Assembly (NCBI GenBank): GCA_036337435.1
Contig: JAYZEG010000062.1
Coordinates: forward strand, 130,817 to 194,816
DNA: 64,000 nucleotides
Source: Myxococcota bacterium
GTDB lineage: Bacteria > Myxococcota_A > Bradymonadia > UBA7976 > UBA1532
Reading direction: 5' to 3'
This document shows positions 9,405-17,992 of this stretch, piece after piece. Both the position numbers and the translations under genes were made by a program. The notes beneath the pieces are model-generated. The model made no database searches and had not been told where the DNA came from. It saw nothing but the letters and a program-made list of their open reading frames with translations. Every line of letters begins with the position of its first letter. Within the stretch, counting starts at the first letter, position 1.

Positions 9405-10940
9405 TCACTTCTTACCCCTGAGGACTTGCGTAAATCGAGCTTTGTCTTCAGCCCCAAACTCTCCGGTTATAACCAGCCCTACGAAGAACAGTAATCCGGC
9501 TACGACAGAGACGGTAAGAGCCATTACTTTGCCCATATCGGGTAGTTGCCGTCCGACCAGCGTAATGACAATACCAACCGATAAGACGCGAATGACCGTT
9601 GCCATTGGCATCGGCGAACCAAATCGCTTCCAAAGGGCAGCCAAGCCAAGGGCTAATCCGATTGTAAATGTTGCAAAGGTTCCAATTGCTGATAGGCGGA
9701 TTAAACTCTCTTTCGACGTAATTACATCAGAACCTAACTGCTGCATGACGACGAAGTAAATGATTGTCAGGGCAATGGTGACACACCCGACAACCAAAGC
9801 TTGTCCCGCCCTGTTCGATGACATAAGGAGTGTATTTACGATATTGAATAAACTGAATGAAAAGTAGGCTGGGGCCAACCAAACCAACGCGATGGCACCA
9901 GCTTCATAACCCTTCGGAAGGATGGAAAAAATGGCATCAGGCATCGCCATCAATACGACGACGGCGGAGCCAACCAGAATTGTTGAATATCTGAGTGTTT
10001 GGCGAATGTAGACTCGAGCTCGGCTCAAATCTTGAGTAAAAGTCGCTTCGCTCATCATCGGAAAAATGACGAACGTAATCGCGATCGTAGCTTGCCATGG
10101 CAAACGACTGACATTGACAGCCATCCCATAGTCGGCCATGACACCGTCTGCATTTCCAAAAAGGTTTGCGGCTATTGGCTTTAGAAACAGTGCGTCCAAT
10201 TTGAAGATCAGATTAAAAACGAGTGTGTACAACATGACCTTTGCTGCAAATAAATACAGTTCAGAAATTGGTTCGCCGGGCTTGAGTGAACGTCTAACAT
10301 AGAGAATTGCGATAACCATGATGATGACCGCAGCACTCGCGAAACCATAGAACGCGCCTAAGACACCGAGTCCAGCAGCAGCCATCCCGAGAACAAGGGT
10401 CGCTTTTAGAGTGGTAAAGCCGATGTCAAACATGGCTTGATTCAAAAATCGTTTCTGCCCGTTAAGGGCCCCTATGTATACGGTATAAATTCCATAGCAA
10501 AATAGAATAACACCGGCTGCCCGATAGCCATTACCCAAATCTGGATTGTTTCGACTTTCGGCTAGAAAATCGCCGCTTAGAATGAAGCCAAGACCAACAA
10601 TTCCGCCAACGACAAGCATCATTTTCTGAGCTTGAGCGACAACCCCAGCCGCTGACTCAGGGCGTTCGGCCACAAATCGAGAGACCGTTTGCATAACTCC
10701 AGTGACCATCATCATGCTGAATATGCTCAGAATGTTATTCAAGTCGTAGTATTGTCCATACAGCTTACGGCCATCACCACTAAATGCTTGAAAGATGAAC
10801 GGCAGGCCAAATGTTATGAGTGCGCCGCCCACCATGAACCATAATTTTGCTCCGGTGATTAATAAGAAGCCTCGACCGGCGACAGTCGCGTCGTTTTTCC
10901 TCGACGGGGCAGGTTTCTCCTGTTGTGAGATCGGTTCCAT
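9405..10940 (-). CDS. MOP-superfamily oligosaccharide/lipid flippase (Wzx/SpoVB/MurJ-like)
   Basis: About 14 TM segments; AGRGFLLIT, LYGQY, ADYGMAVNVSRLP, VIFPMMS. Start moved to MEPISQ (ATG 10940). Confidence 0.75.
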   Translation of the reverse strand: MEPISQQEKPAPSRKNDATVAGRGFLLITGAKLWFMVGGALITFGLPFIFQAFSGDGRKLYGQYYDLNNILSIFSMMMVTGVMQTVSRFVAERPESAAGVVAQAQKMMLVVGGIVGLGFILSGDFLAESRNNPDLGNGYRAAGVILFCYGIYTVYIGALNGQKRFLNQAMFDIGFTTLKATLVLGMAAAGLGVLGAFYGFASAAVIIMVIAILYVRRSLKPGEPISELYLFAAKVMLYTLVFNLIFKLDALFLKPIAANLFGNADGVMADYGMAVNVSRLPWQATIAITFVIFPMMSEATFTQDLSRARVYIRQTLRYSTILVGSAVVVLMAMPDAIFSILPKGYEAGAIALVWLAPAYFSFSLFNIVNTLLMSSNRAGQALVVGCVTIALTIIYFVVMQQLGSDVITSKESLIRLSAIGTFATFTIGLALGLAALWKRFGSPMPMATVIRVLSVGIVITLVGRQLPDMGKVMALTVSVVAGLLFFVGLVITGEFGAEDKARFTQVLRGKK

Positions 10941-11013
10941 TTTCGCTCGTTTGTCGTTTCTCGGGCGGACGATAGAAAATCGATACCTCCAGTGCAAGCA
11001 CCCATTCAGAACT

Positions 11014-12156
11014 TTGTCCATTTCCAATCAATTAAAACGGGGCTTATCATTTCTTCTTCTCTCTTTCTCTCTGTCTGCCTGCTCGACGCCAAAGCAATCC
11101 GACATAATCGCAATCAACATCGTTCCACAGGGCTTCGACCAGTGGTCAGTGAGGGCTACGGGACCATCTAAACTGGTCATCGATGGAGTCGAACAGAAAG
11201 ACAATTATCAACGCGTTAATGGGTCGACAACTCGGGTTGTTCAGTTTGCTGAGAAGGTGTATCGGCTGCCACCGCGTCGTTCAGATGGTTGTGGACGCGT
11301 CCGGTTTGTTGCCTTGGGTGACGGGCGCGCACACGTTGACCATATTGGCCCGTCCGCGTACTGGCCAGGTCTGCTCCAAGAGGTGTACCAGAGAACGCCC
11401 GCATTCATATTAAATACGGGCGACCTCGTTAAGCGTGGCCATCGAATTCATGAGTGGGCCAACTTTTTTCGTCAGACCAAGGTCATTCCACCCATGGTAT
11501 CTGTTCGAGGTAATCACGACCGAGGTGGTCTTTTTGAAGAGCTCATCGCTGTGGATCGCTTTGTTCATTGGTTTAGATGGGAATCAGTTGGCATTATTGG
11601 TTTCGATACTGAGGTCTTGGACAATGAACTGGACCACGCACTCACTTTGCTTGACAGAAGCCTTGCGTCTCTCGACAGTCATTGGAAAGTTTTGTTTCTT
11701 CATCGACCGATTTGGTCCAGGGGCAATCATGGTTCAAATGAACGAGGATGGAACGAAAAACTGATTCCGATTATCGACCGACATTCGATCGATCTTGTGC
11801 TCGCCGGTCACGACCATAATTATGAGCGGTTTTGTGCGAGCCGTGGTGCTAAAGCATCCAGCCGTTGCTCGGGTCCGGGTCTTGGGACCACGTATGTCGT
11901 GACCGGCGGCGCAGCGACGTTCACTAACCCAGTACCCGGTGTATCAAGAAAAGTAGACCGTGCGGTAAAAAATGCCGATGCCAGTGCCAGCAGAATTTTT
12001 TCAGGCGCGCACCATTTTATCGAATTGTCAGTGTCCGCACATCGGCTTAGTGCAATCGTTCATCGGACGCGAACGGGTAATCTTTTTGGTGCGAGTATCA
12101 TGGATAAATTTACGTTGAACAAGAAGAACGAACGATGCCAAAAGACGTCGAGATAA
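11014..12156 (+). CDS. Calcineurin-like metallophosphoesterase lipoprotein (purple acid phosphatase-like)
   Basis: FVALGDGR, NTGDLV, RGNHD, FLHRP, LAGHDHNYER; lipobox LSAC. The start (TTG 11014) is uncertain. Confidence 0.85.
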   Translation: MSISNQLKRGLSFLLLSFSLSACSTPKQSDIIAINIVPQGFDQWSVRATGPSKLVIDGVEQKDNYQRVNGSTTRVVQFAEKVYRLPPRRSDGCGRVRFVALGDGRAHVDHIGPSAYWPGLLQEVYQRTPAFILNTGDLVKRGHRIHEWANFFRQTKVIPPMVSVRGNHDRGGLFEELIAVDRFVHWFRWESVGIIGFDTEVLDNELDHALTLLDRSLASLDSHWKVLFLHRPIWSRGNHGSNERGWNEKLIPIIDRHSIDLVLAGHDHNYERFCASRGAKASSRCSGPGLGTTYVVTGGAATFTNPVPGVSRKVDRAVKNADASASRIFSGAHHFIELSVSAHRLSAIVHRTRTGNLFGASIMDKFTLNKKNERCQKTSR

Positions 12157-12437
12157 GTTTCATACCCTTTGGCACAAAACTAAATGTGCCGAGGGGACTA
12201 TCGATTCTAAAGGCGATTCAGCGGGCTGGATATCCCGTAGGTTATTCTTGTCGTGGCCAAGGCGTTTGCGTCGCATGTTCTGTGTGGGTGAAGGGTGATG
12301 TCTCTGAGCAAACCCCTAGAGAGATACAGCTCCTTCAGGAGCGGGCTGACACTCAAAAACGAGGCGACTTTAGCTTGAGACTATCGTGTTTGACTCAAGT
12401 GACGGGGCCAGTTTGTGTAACAACCGATTACTGGTAA
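12135..12437 (+). CDS. 2Fe-2S ferredoxin-type protein
   Basis: SCRGQGVCVAC...RLSC; ends in DYW; overlaps the upstream gene. Confidence 0.88.
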   Translation: MPKDVEISFIPFGTKLNVPRGLSILKAIQRAGYPVGYSCRGQGVCVACSVWVKGDVSEQTPREIQLLQERADTQKRGDFSLRLSCLTQVTGPVCVTTDYW

Positions 12438-12491
12438 TTTAACGTCCGAGCTGCTCGCATAGTTTTCTCGGCTGAAGAGCAAAAATTTATT

Positions 12492-12507
12492 TGTCAAAAT
12501 CTTGACA
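12492..12507. promoter_or_regulatory. Palindrome TGTCAA-aatc-TTGACA (TGT-N10-ACA), possible enhancer-binding-protein site
   Basis: Perfect 6-bp inverted repeat in an AT-rich intergenic region upstream of a candidate sigma54 promoter. Confidence 0.4.
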
Positions 12508-12850
12508 GAATTATGGGTGTTTTTTCCTGCAAAAACTTCATGTTCGCGATCTAAATGTCGTGGTTATGGATTGTTTAATCCCGCGAAAGACAGAAAAGAC
12601 TGCCTGAACTGATGGACGGTTTGAGTTTACTGAACGCGGTCACACCCTTACATAAATCATTTGTTAGCCTATTTCTTTTTCTAAGAAAGTCTGTTTGATT
12701 TCAGCACTTTGTACGTCTAGTTAATACATAGAAACGTAAGCTGCTTCCCGCTCATACATGTAAATCACTCGATGCTAGAAGCCTGAATCTATGTGCCTGG
12801 TGTTTCTTGAAGGGGTCGATGTGTGAAATTAAGTCACCCGATGGAAAATA

Positions 12851-12867
12851 TTGGCATGGCAATCGCA
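12851..12867 (+). promoter_or_regulatory. Candidate sigma54 (-24/-12) promoter for the ECF sigma gene
   Basis: TTGGCATGGCAATCGCA, exact GG-N10-GC spacing, about 100 nt before the ATG. Confidence 0.5.
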
Positions 12868-12967
12868 TGCTTATACTCCCTGTAAGAACGGAGGCTTAAA
12901 AAGATTGGTTTCGGGGAATGATTTAATTCGCTCGATCTATTGCAGTATTACAGATGGAGGGTCCGCC

Positions 12968-13567
12968 ATGGTCACTAAAAAACAAGAAATGGAGCTCGTA
13001 GACAGAGCCTTGCTGGGAGATGAGCAGGCCTTTACCAACCTCATCAAACCGCTCAGGGATAAAATCTATTGGCGTGCAGTGAAGGCTCTACGCGACCTCG
13101 ATCAGGCCGAAGATGTGACGCAAGAAACGATGATTCGAGCGTTCACTCGTCTGAGCACCTTCCGCGGAGAATCACGATTCAGTTCTTGGCTTTATATGGT
13201 CGCCAGCAATTGTATTCGAATGCATATCAGGTCGGCCAAACGTAAAGGGGCACTCCGCCTTGACGATAATATCACCCAAGTTGAGACACAGAGCCACAAT
13301 GTCCTTCTGCTCCCTTCCAAATTGCCTGATGAAGCCGCTGAAGATACTCAAATCTTCACGGCCATCGAGGAAGCCATAGACACGCTTCCCGAACAATATG
13401 GTGCCATCTTGAGGCTATGGGTTGAAGATGGACTTGATCTGCGCGAGATTCATGAGGAGTCAGGTCTTTCCATCGCAGCGATCAAGTCACGCTTGCATCG
13501 GGCTAGACGGCGTTTGAAAGAGCAACTTGATGCTCGGTATGGAGAGGGTACGCTGCTCGCCGCATAG
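12968..13567 (+). CDS. ECF-family sigma70 factor
   Basis: GDEQAF, AEDVTQE, FRGESRFSSWLY, region 4 AAIKSRLHRARRRLKE; GGAGG SD before ATG 12968. Confidence 0.93.
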   Translation: MVTKKQEMELVDRALLGDEQAFTNLIKPLRDKIYWRAVKALRDLDQAEDVTQETMIRAFTRLSTFRGESRFSSWLYMVASNCIRMHIRSAKRKGALRLDDNITQVETQSHNVLLLPSKLPDEAAEDTQIFTAIEEAIDTLPEQYGAILRLWVEDGLDLREIHEESGLSIAAIKSRLHRARRRLKEQLDARYGEGTLLAA

Positions 13568-13573
13568 CGACGC

Positions 13574-13599
13574 GCTGCCCTCCGAGGAGGCAGCCTTTT
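13574..13599 (+). terminator. Intrinsic-terminator-like hairpin that contains the SD of the next gene
   Basis: GCTGCC...GGCAGC stem followed by CTTTT; GAGGAGG lies in the loop and 3' arm. Confidence 0.55.
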
Positions 13600-14389
13600 G
13601 GTCGCGACAAAAACTACTCTACTCGTTCCGCTCACATTCGTGCTTGCCGTTTTTCTATTCTGGTTTAGGCCAGGTGGAATAGACGGCCCACGAGTTGACC
13701 CGATCCCTATGAAGGGAAAAGGGTTCGATCATTCGTTATTGAGCAAAGTGTATGCCCAGGTTGTGGATGAGGCGGGGGAAGTTGACTATGCAGCACTCAA
13801 GGCTCAACCAGATACGCTCGATCGATACCTTGGTCATATTGCAGCAACGAGTCCGAAAAATGCACCTCATCGTTTTCGCAGCATAGACGATAGGCTGGCT
13901 TACTACCTGAATGCTTACAATGCGTTCGTGCTTGCCGCGGTCAGGGACCACTGTCCCATCGAAAATGTTGATGACGAATATATCGGGGGTGGTTTTTTTT
14001 GGCGGGTATCGTTTCTTATGGGTGGCGAATCAATCACGCTAACGCGGTTACAGTCAGAACGTATTCGTCCGGTTATGCAGAGAAATCCATCTGTTCATTT
14101 TGCCCTTGTCGGTGGTGCTAAGGGACATCTGAGTCCATCGGGTTACGCATTTACAGGACCCTCGCTAAAACAGCAGCTCAACTCTCTTGAACAGCGGGTT
14201 ATTATGGATTCACGTTTCGTAGAAAAACAGAATGGCGTGCTTAATTTAAGCAAGATTTTCGAATGGTATAAGTCCGATTTTATTGATCCTAAACAGTGGG
14301 TTGGGCGATTGGCACCCGATAAGATAGACGGCGTTGAATCGGTTCGATTTAGACCATTCGACTGGAATCTCAATGGACGCTGCCCCTAG
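13598..14389 (+). CDS. DUF547 domain protein
   Basis: GEVDYAALK, LAYYLNAYNA, VHFALV, LSKIFEWYKSDF, FDWNLN. Confidence 0.85.
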   Translation: MVATKTTLLVPLTFVLAVFLFWFRPGGIDGPRVDPIPMKGKGFDHSLLSKVYAQVVDEAGEVDYAALKAQPDTLDRYLGHIAATSPKNAPHRFRSIDDRLAYYLNAYNAFVLAAVRDHCPIENVDDEYIGGGFFWRVSFLMGGESITLTRLQSERIRPVMQRNPSVHFALVGGAKGHLSPSGYAFTGPSLKQQLNSLEQRVIMDSRFVEKQNGVLNLSKIFEWYKSDFIDPKQWVGRLAPDKIDGVESVRFRPFDWNLNGRCP

Positions 14390-14467
14390 GTGTGACAAGT
14401 CGATTCTTGCATTTCCAGGGTGTCGGTGCATTAATTCGATGGTTCGAGTCCCTATCGGTTTTCAGGA

Positions 14468-15601
14468 GTGAAAATAATGACCCAGCGAATTGCTCTGGCT
14501 GAGCATAGTGTCACGATTCGACATGCCGTTCGGGTTTCGTTGAGTAGCCTGGGTTTCGACTTAATTGAGGTGGCGACAGCACCTGAACTCTTGGATGTAT
14601 TACGCAGCGATACGATCACATTATGTATTTTGAACAGCTGCCTGCCCGAGATAGATGCGAACTCCCTGAGGGATTTGATAGACGAACTAAAGGTTCCGAT
14701 TTTATGCCTTGAGGACGGTGAGAGTGATGCACTGGTTGCTGTATTTGGCTCTCAACAAACTCAGCTTCAGATTCCTTTTGAATCCCAAGTTTTGGTAGAA
14801 GCTGTTTGCGCCATGCTCAATCTCGATGTGCCAGATCAAGACTTATATGCCCCCTATCGAATTGATGTACCGTTGGCTCATAAAGGCGATGAGGGAGCCA
14901 AAAATGAAGATGGACAGACCGTAGAACTGACTCCGATTTCAGACGAAGCTGAATCGGTCGATGCAAGTGCGGACTTTGACGAAAGCGTTCATACGGACAC
15001 GATGTCCGAACGAGAAGAGTCCAAGTCAACTGTCGGGATAGTCGATCAAACGCTTGTCGGAGAAAATGAGTCACAATCCCATGGAATAGTTCGAACTGAG
15101 ACATATGAGGTATCACCCGAGCAGGTTCTTGATGCGATGGCGGAGTCGGCAGACTTTGACGAAGCGGATTCAGTCACAAACCCCATCGACGCCCTCGATG
15201 CGGAAGCAGCGGTTCTTCCCATTTTGGAAGATCCTCAAAATGAACCGCTGGCCATTGATGAGAGTAGACCTCCGACTCTTAAGATAGATGAAGCCGATGA
15301 TGAATCACCTGGCGATTCACTGACCCCGGAGTTAGTCCATGATCACGACTCAGATTTGGTCTCTGATCTCGAACGGAGCCCGCATCAGAGTGCGTCTGTA
15401 GCGGAGTCGCAATCGGCAACCAGCCTAGTTAAGCTGCCCGAGAGATTAGCGGACTTAGAGACGCTTCAAGCCCTCAATGTATCGAAAGAAGTCGTTGAGA
15501 GGGTTGCCTGGGCAGTTGTTCCCGTGCTCGCTGAAGCCATCATCAAAGAAGAGGTCAGAAAACTTTTGGATTCGAAGGCCTCGGACGACAACTCCATCTA
15601 A
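14468..15601 (+). CDS. romR: RomR-like polarity regulator (degenerate receiver, acidic linker, RomR C-terminal helix)
   Basis: N-terminal receiver-like fold (IALAEHSVTIR); C-terminal SKEVVERVAWAVVPVLAEAIIKEEV matches the conserved RomR tail as I recall it. Confidence 0.75.
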   Translation: MKIMTQRIALAEHSVTIRHAVRVSLSSLGFDLIEVATAPELLDVLRSDTITLCILNSCLPEIDANSLRDLIDELKVPILCLEDGESDALVAVFGSQQTQLQIPFESQVLVEAVCAMLNLDVPDQDLYAPYRIDVPLAHKGDEGAKNEDGQTVELTPISDEAESVDASADFDESVHTDTMSEREESKSTVGIVDQTLVGENESQSHGIVRTETYEVSPEQVLDAMAESADFDEADSVTNPIDALDAEAAVLPILEDPQNEPLAIDESRPPTLKIDEADDESPGDSLTPELVHDHDSDLVSDLERSPHQSASVAESQSATSLVKLPERLADLETLQALNVSKEVVERVAWAVVPVLAEAIIKEEVRKLLDSKASDDNSI

Positions 15602-15650
15602 CGCAAGCTGCCCTCCAGTGAGTTGAGTGATACCAAAACGCGTATTGGAG

Positions 15651-15676
15651 ACCACTGCGCTTTCCGGCGCAGTGGT
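15651..15676. terminator. Hairpin between convergent genes (probable bidirectional terminator)
   Basis: Perfect 10-bp stem ACCACTGCGC/GCGCAGTGGT with a 6-nt loop. Confidence 0.7.
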
Positions 15677-15703
15677 GGATTTGAATCACCTTATTTCGAC
15701 AAA

Positions 15704-17761
15704 TTAGCGAGGCTGTGCTGCGCCGCAGCTATTCTGAGGGTTTCTTGGTGCGCAGACGAAGTTGATGTTACTGACAGCACCGCCCTCACCCACGTGGGCT
15801 GAACATTCAAATCCATCGCCACAGGTGGCGTCACCAGGGCCATCACATGGCTGCAGACAGGCATTGCCTGTTCCGGCACTCCCGTATTGGACTTCGCTGC
15901 AGACGAGATCACCGCCACAGACAGCAGTTCTGTCGAAGGCGCATGGTGTGCAAACAGCGGTCGGCCGACAAACTTTCGCTTCAGCACCGCTTGCTGCGTC
16001 CATGACTTGGCGACTACAGGAGTATCCTTCGCCACCGCAGTCATCAGCCGACCGACAGGTGGCAAGACAGTAGCCTGCGACAGCACTATCCGTAGACAGT
16101 GGCAGGCATGTTTCTGATTGGCAGTCCATATCTGAGCTGCATTCGCTGCCCGCACTGCCCGCCCCTTCGTTGGTCATGCATAGTGTTTCTACTACCGGTG
16201 GGTCTGAGCCAATGATGTTAATGCCACAATGTTCACCTTCGCCGCAGTCCGCATCTCTGCGACAGGAGGTGAGGCTTGCCTCCGGCATGCCCAAAAGCCG
16301 ATTCTCAACGCAGGAGCCGCCTTCTAGGTCAGCTGTCAGGCCAATTCCGAAACATAGACTTCCTTCGGCGCAATCCCGGCTGTTACGGCATGGTTCTCCG
16401 CAGAAGCCAGAGCCGCCGGCATTCAGGCAAAGGGATGGGTTTGTACATTCACCAGACAATCCACCGCACTCTTCACCGTAGCCAACAGCATTGATCGGAA
16501 TGGTTGCACAACGGCCAGACGCTGTAATTTCGCTTACTGTTCGACCGGCTTCAATCTCGCCCCTGATGACGTAGTCACACGCTTCATCGGGGATATCGCC
16601 CTCGGCCGCACAGTCTGCATTTGTCTGGCATGGACGCCCAGATCCTGATCCTTTTCGACAAATCTGAGCTGGTGCTGAACCCGGCTCAGCACTGATACCG
16701 AAGTTAATAATTGTGCAGTAGTCTTCGTCTGGGCAATCGTCGTCTGTGTTGCACATGCCTGAGCAATAGCCGTTGCCATTCTCGTCGTCAAAGCATGTGG
16801 CACCTTGGCATGCAACTTCCGGAAATTGGGCAGTACACTCGTCTGTTACGCAGCATTCGCCGCCGGCGGTCACCGATCCATCTTCCTTTGGAAGACAAAT
16901 GCCCCGCAGGATATTGTTTCTATTGAATTCGAATCCGAGCACGCATGCGAAGTCATCCGGGCAGTCCGTATCCGTTTCGCAATATTGAGGCATGCAAATA
17001 TCGACGTTGTAACTGCTGTCGGTCCCAAATGGATACCATTCTTCAAAGCATCTATAGCCCGTTGGACAAGGTGATTCGGCTGCATCTGGGTCGCAAAACG
17101 AAGTGCAGACATCGTATAGGCACATGTCGTTCGCGCAGAAGACACCAGCTTCTTCGTCACAGGACTCACCAATCTCGCGGCCGTCGGGTGTGCGCGGCTG
17201 GCAAACAGCACCGTAGAATGTGTCAGGCGCAAAGATCAGTTGGTACTTGCAGGCTTCTTCCGGATCGTCACACTGGCCGTTTCGTGAATAATCGCATCGG
17301 TCGTTGGATCCTGGCGCGCAGGTTCCACTCACGCCGTCTGTCAAGCACTTAAACTCCGTGCCATAGGGTCCATTAGGCACAGCATTTTCGCACTGCGTAT
17401 CATCGATACAACTTCGTGTGCAGAATCCGTACTGAGTTGTAAACACCGGGTATGAACAATCGCCTGTATTGCATTCGATGTTCAAACAGTCTGGCCAGTC
17501 AGCTGAGTCTGAATCGCAATTATCTGGTCGGTAACATGCATCCCCGAAATCGTATTCATCGCCGGGCGCGACAGGCATGTAGGGCTTCGTATTTTCACCC
17601 TCGATTCGTTCTGGCCAATCGTTGGTTGGCCAGTCGAGTGTTTCAGTCCTTGATTGGTCTACATGTTGGACTGCGCGTGCACCCGTCGGCACCGCCTTTC
17701 TGTCTGCGCATCCTGTGAAGACCAATGTCACCGCCAAGAGTGTAAAAAATGTAAGACGCAT
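15704..17761 (-). CDS. Large Cys-rich repeat lipoprotein
   Basis: MRLTFFTLLAVTLVFTGC lipobox; repeated G[YF]CxxxCxxxxDC modules. Confidence 0.85.
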   Translation of the reverse strand: MRLTFFTLLAVTLVFTGCADRKAVPTGARAVQHVDQSRTETLDWPTNDWPERIEGENTKPYMPVAPGDEYDFGDACYRPDNCDSDSADWPDCLNIECNTGDCSYPVFTTQYGFCTRSCIDDTQCENAVPNGPYGTEFKCLTDGVSGTCAPGSNDRCDYSRNGQCDDPEEACKYQLIFAPDTFYGAVCQPRTPDGREIGESCDEEAGVFCANDMCLYDVCTSFCDPDAAESPCPTGYRCFEEWYPFGTDSSYNVDICMPQYCETDTDCPDDFACVLGFEFNRNNILRGICLPKEDGSVTAGGECCVTDECTAQFPEVACQGATCFDDENGNGYCSGMCNTDDDCPDEDYCTIINFGISAEPGSAPAQICRKGSGSGRPCQTNADCAAEGDIPDEACDYVIRGEIEAGRTVSEITASGRCATIPINAVGYGEECGGLSGECTNPSLCLNAGGSGFCGEPCRNSRDCAEGSLCFGIGLTADLEGGSCVENRLLGMPEASLTSCRRDADCGEGEHCGINIIGSDPPVVETLCMTNEGAGSAGSECSSDMDCQSETCLPLSTDSAVAGYCLATCRSADDCGGEGYSCSRQVMDAASGAEAKVCRPTAVCTPCAFDRTAVCGGDLVCSEVQYGSAGTGNACLQPCDGPGDATCGDGFECSAHVGEGGAVSNINFVCAPRNPQNSCGAAQPR

Positions 17762-17992
17762 GCGGATCCCCTTCGAGTCGAGCAACTGCCAATTCTGAAA
17801 GCCAGAAGTCCGGCGAATCCTAGTGATCAGTTGCCCTCTTCGTCAAGGAGATCCTGTTATGTTGCATAAAGATCTTTTGTTGGAAGTACCTCGAAAAAGG
17901 GATATGAACATATTCCAATGATTGCCGATATTGGTAGAGGTTGATACTGTACCCCCGGCGGAATAGACGGAAAGTAGGCGTCGACGACATCA

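Noticed and set aside
10795..11027. Apparent 230-bp head-to-head overlap of the flippase and phosphoesterase genes
   Set aside because: It disappears with the more plausible starts (10940 on minus, about 11014 on plus).
14390..14467. GGTTCGAGTCCC, resembling a tRNA T-loop
   Set aside because: The T-stem pairs poorly and I could not build acceptor, D or anticodon arms. It is more likely the romR promoter/leader. tRNAscan-SE would settle it.
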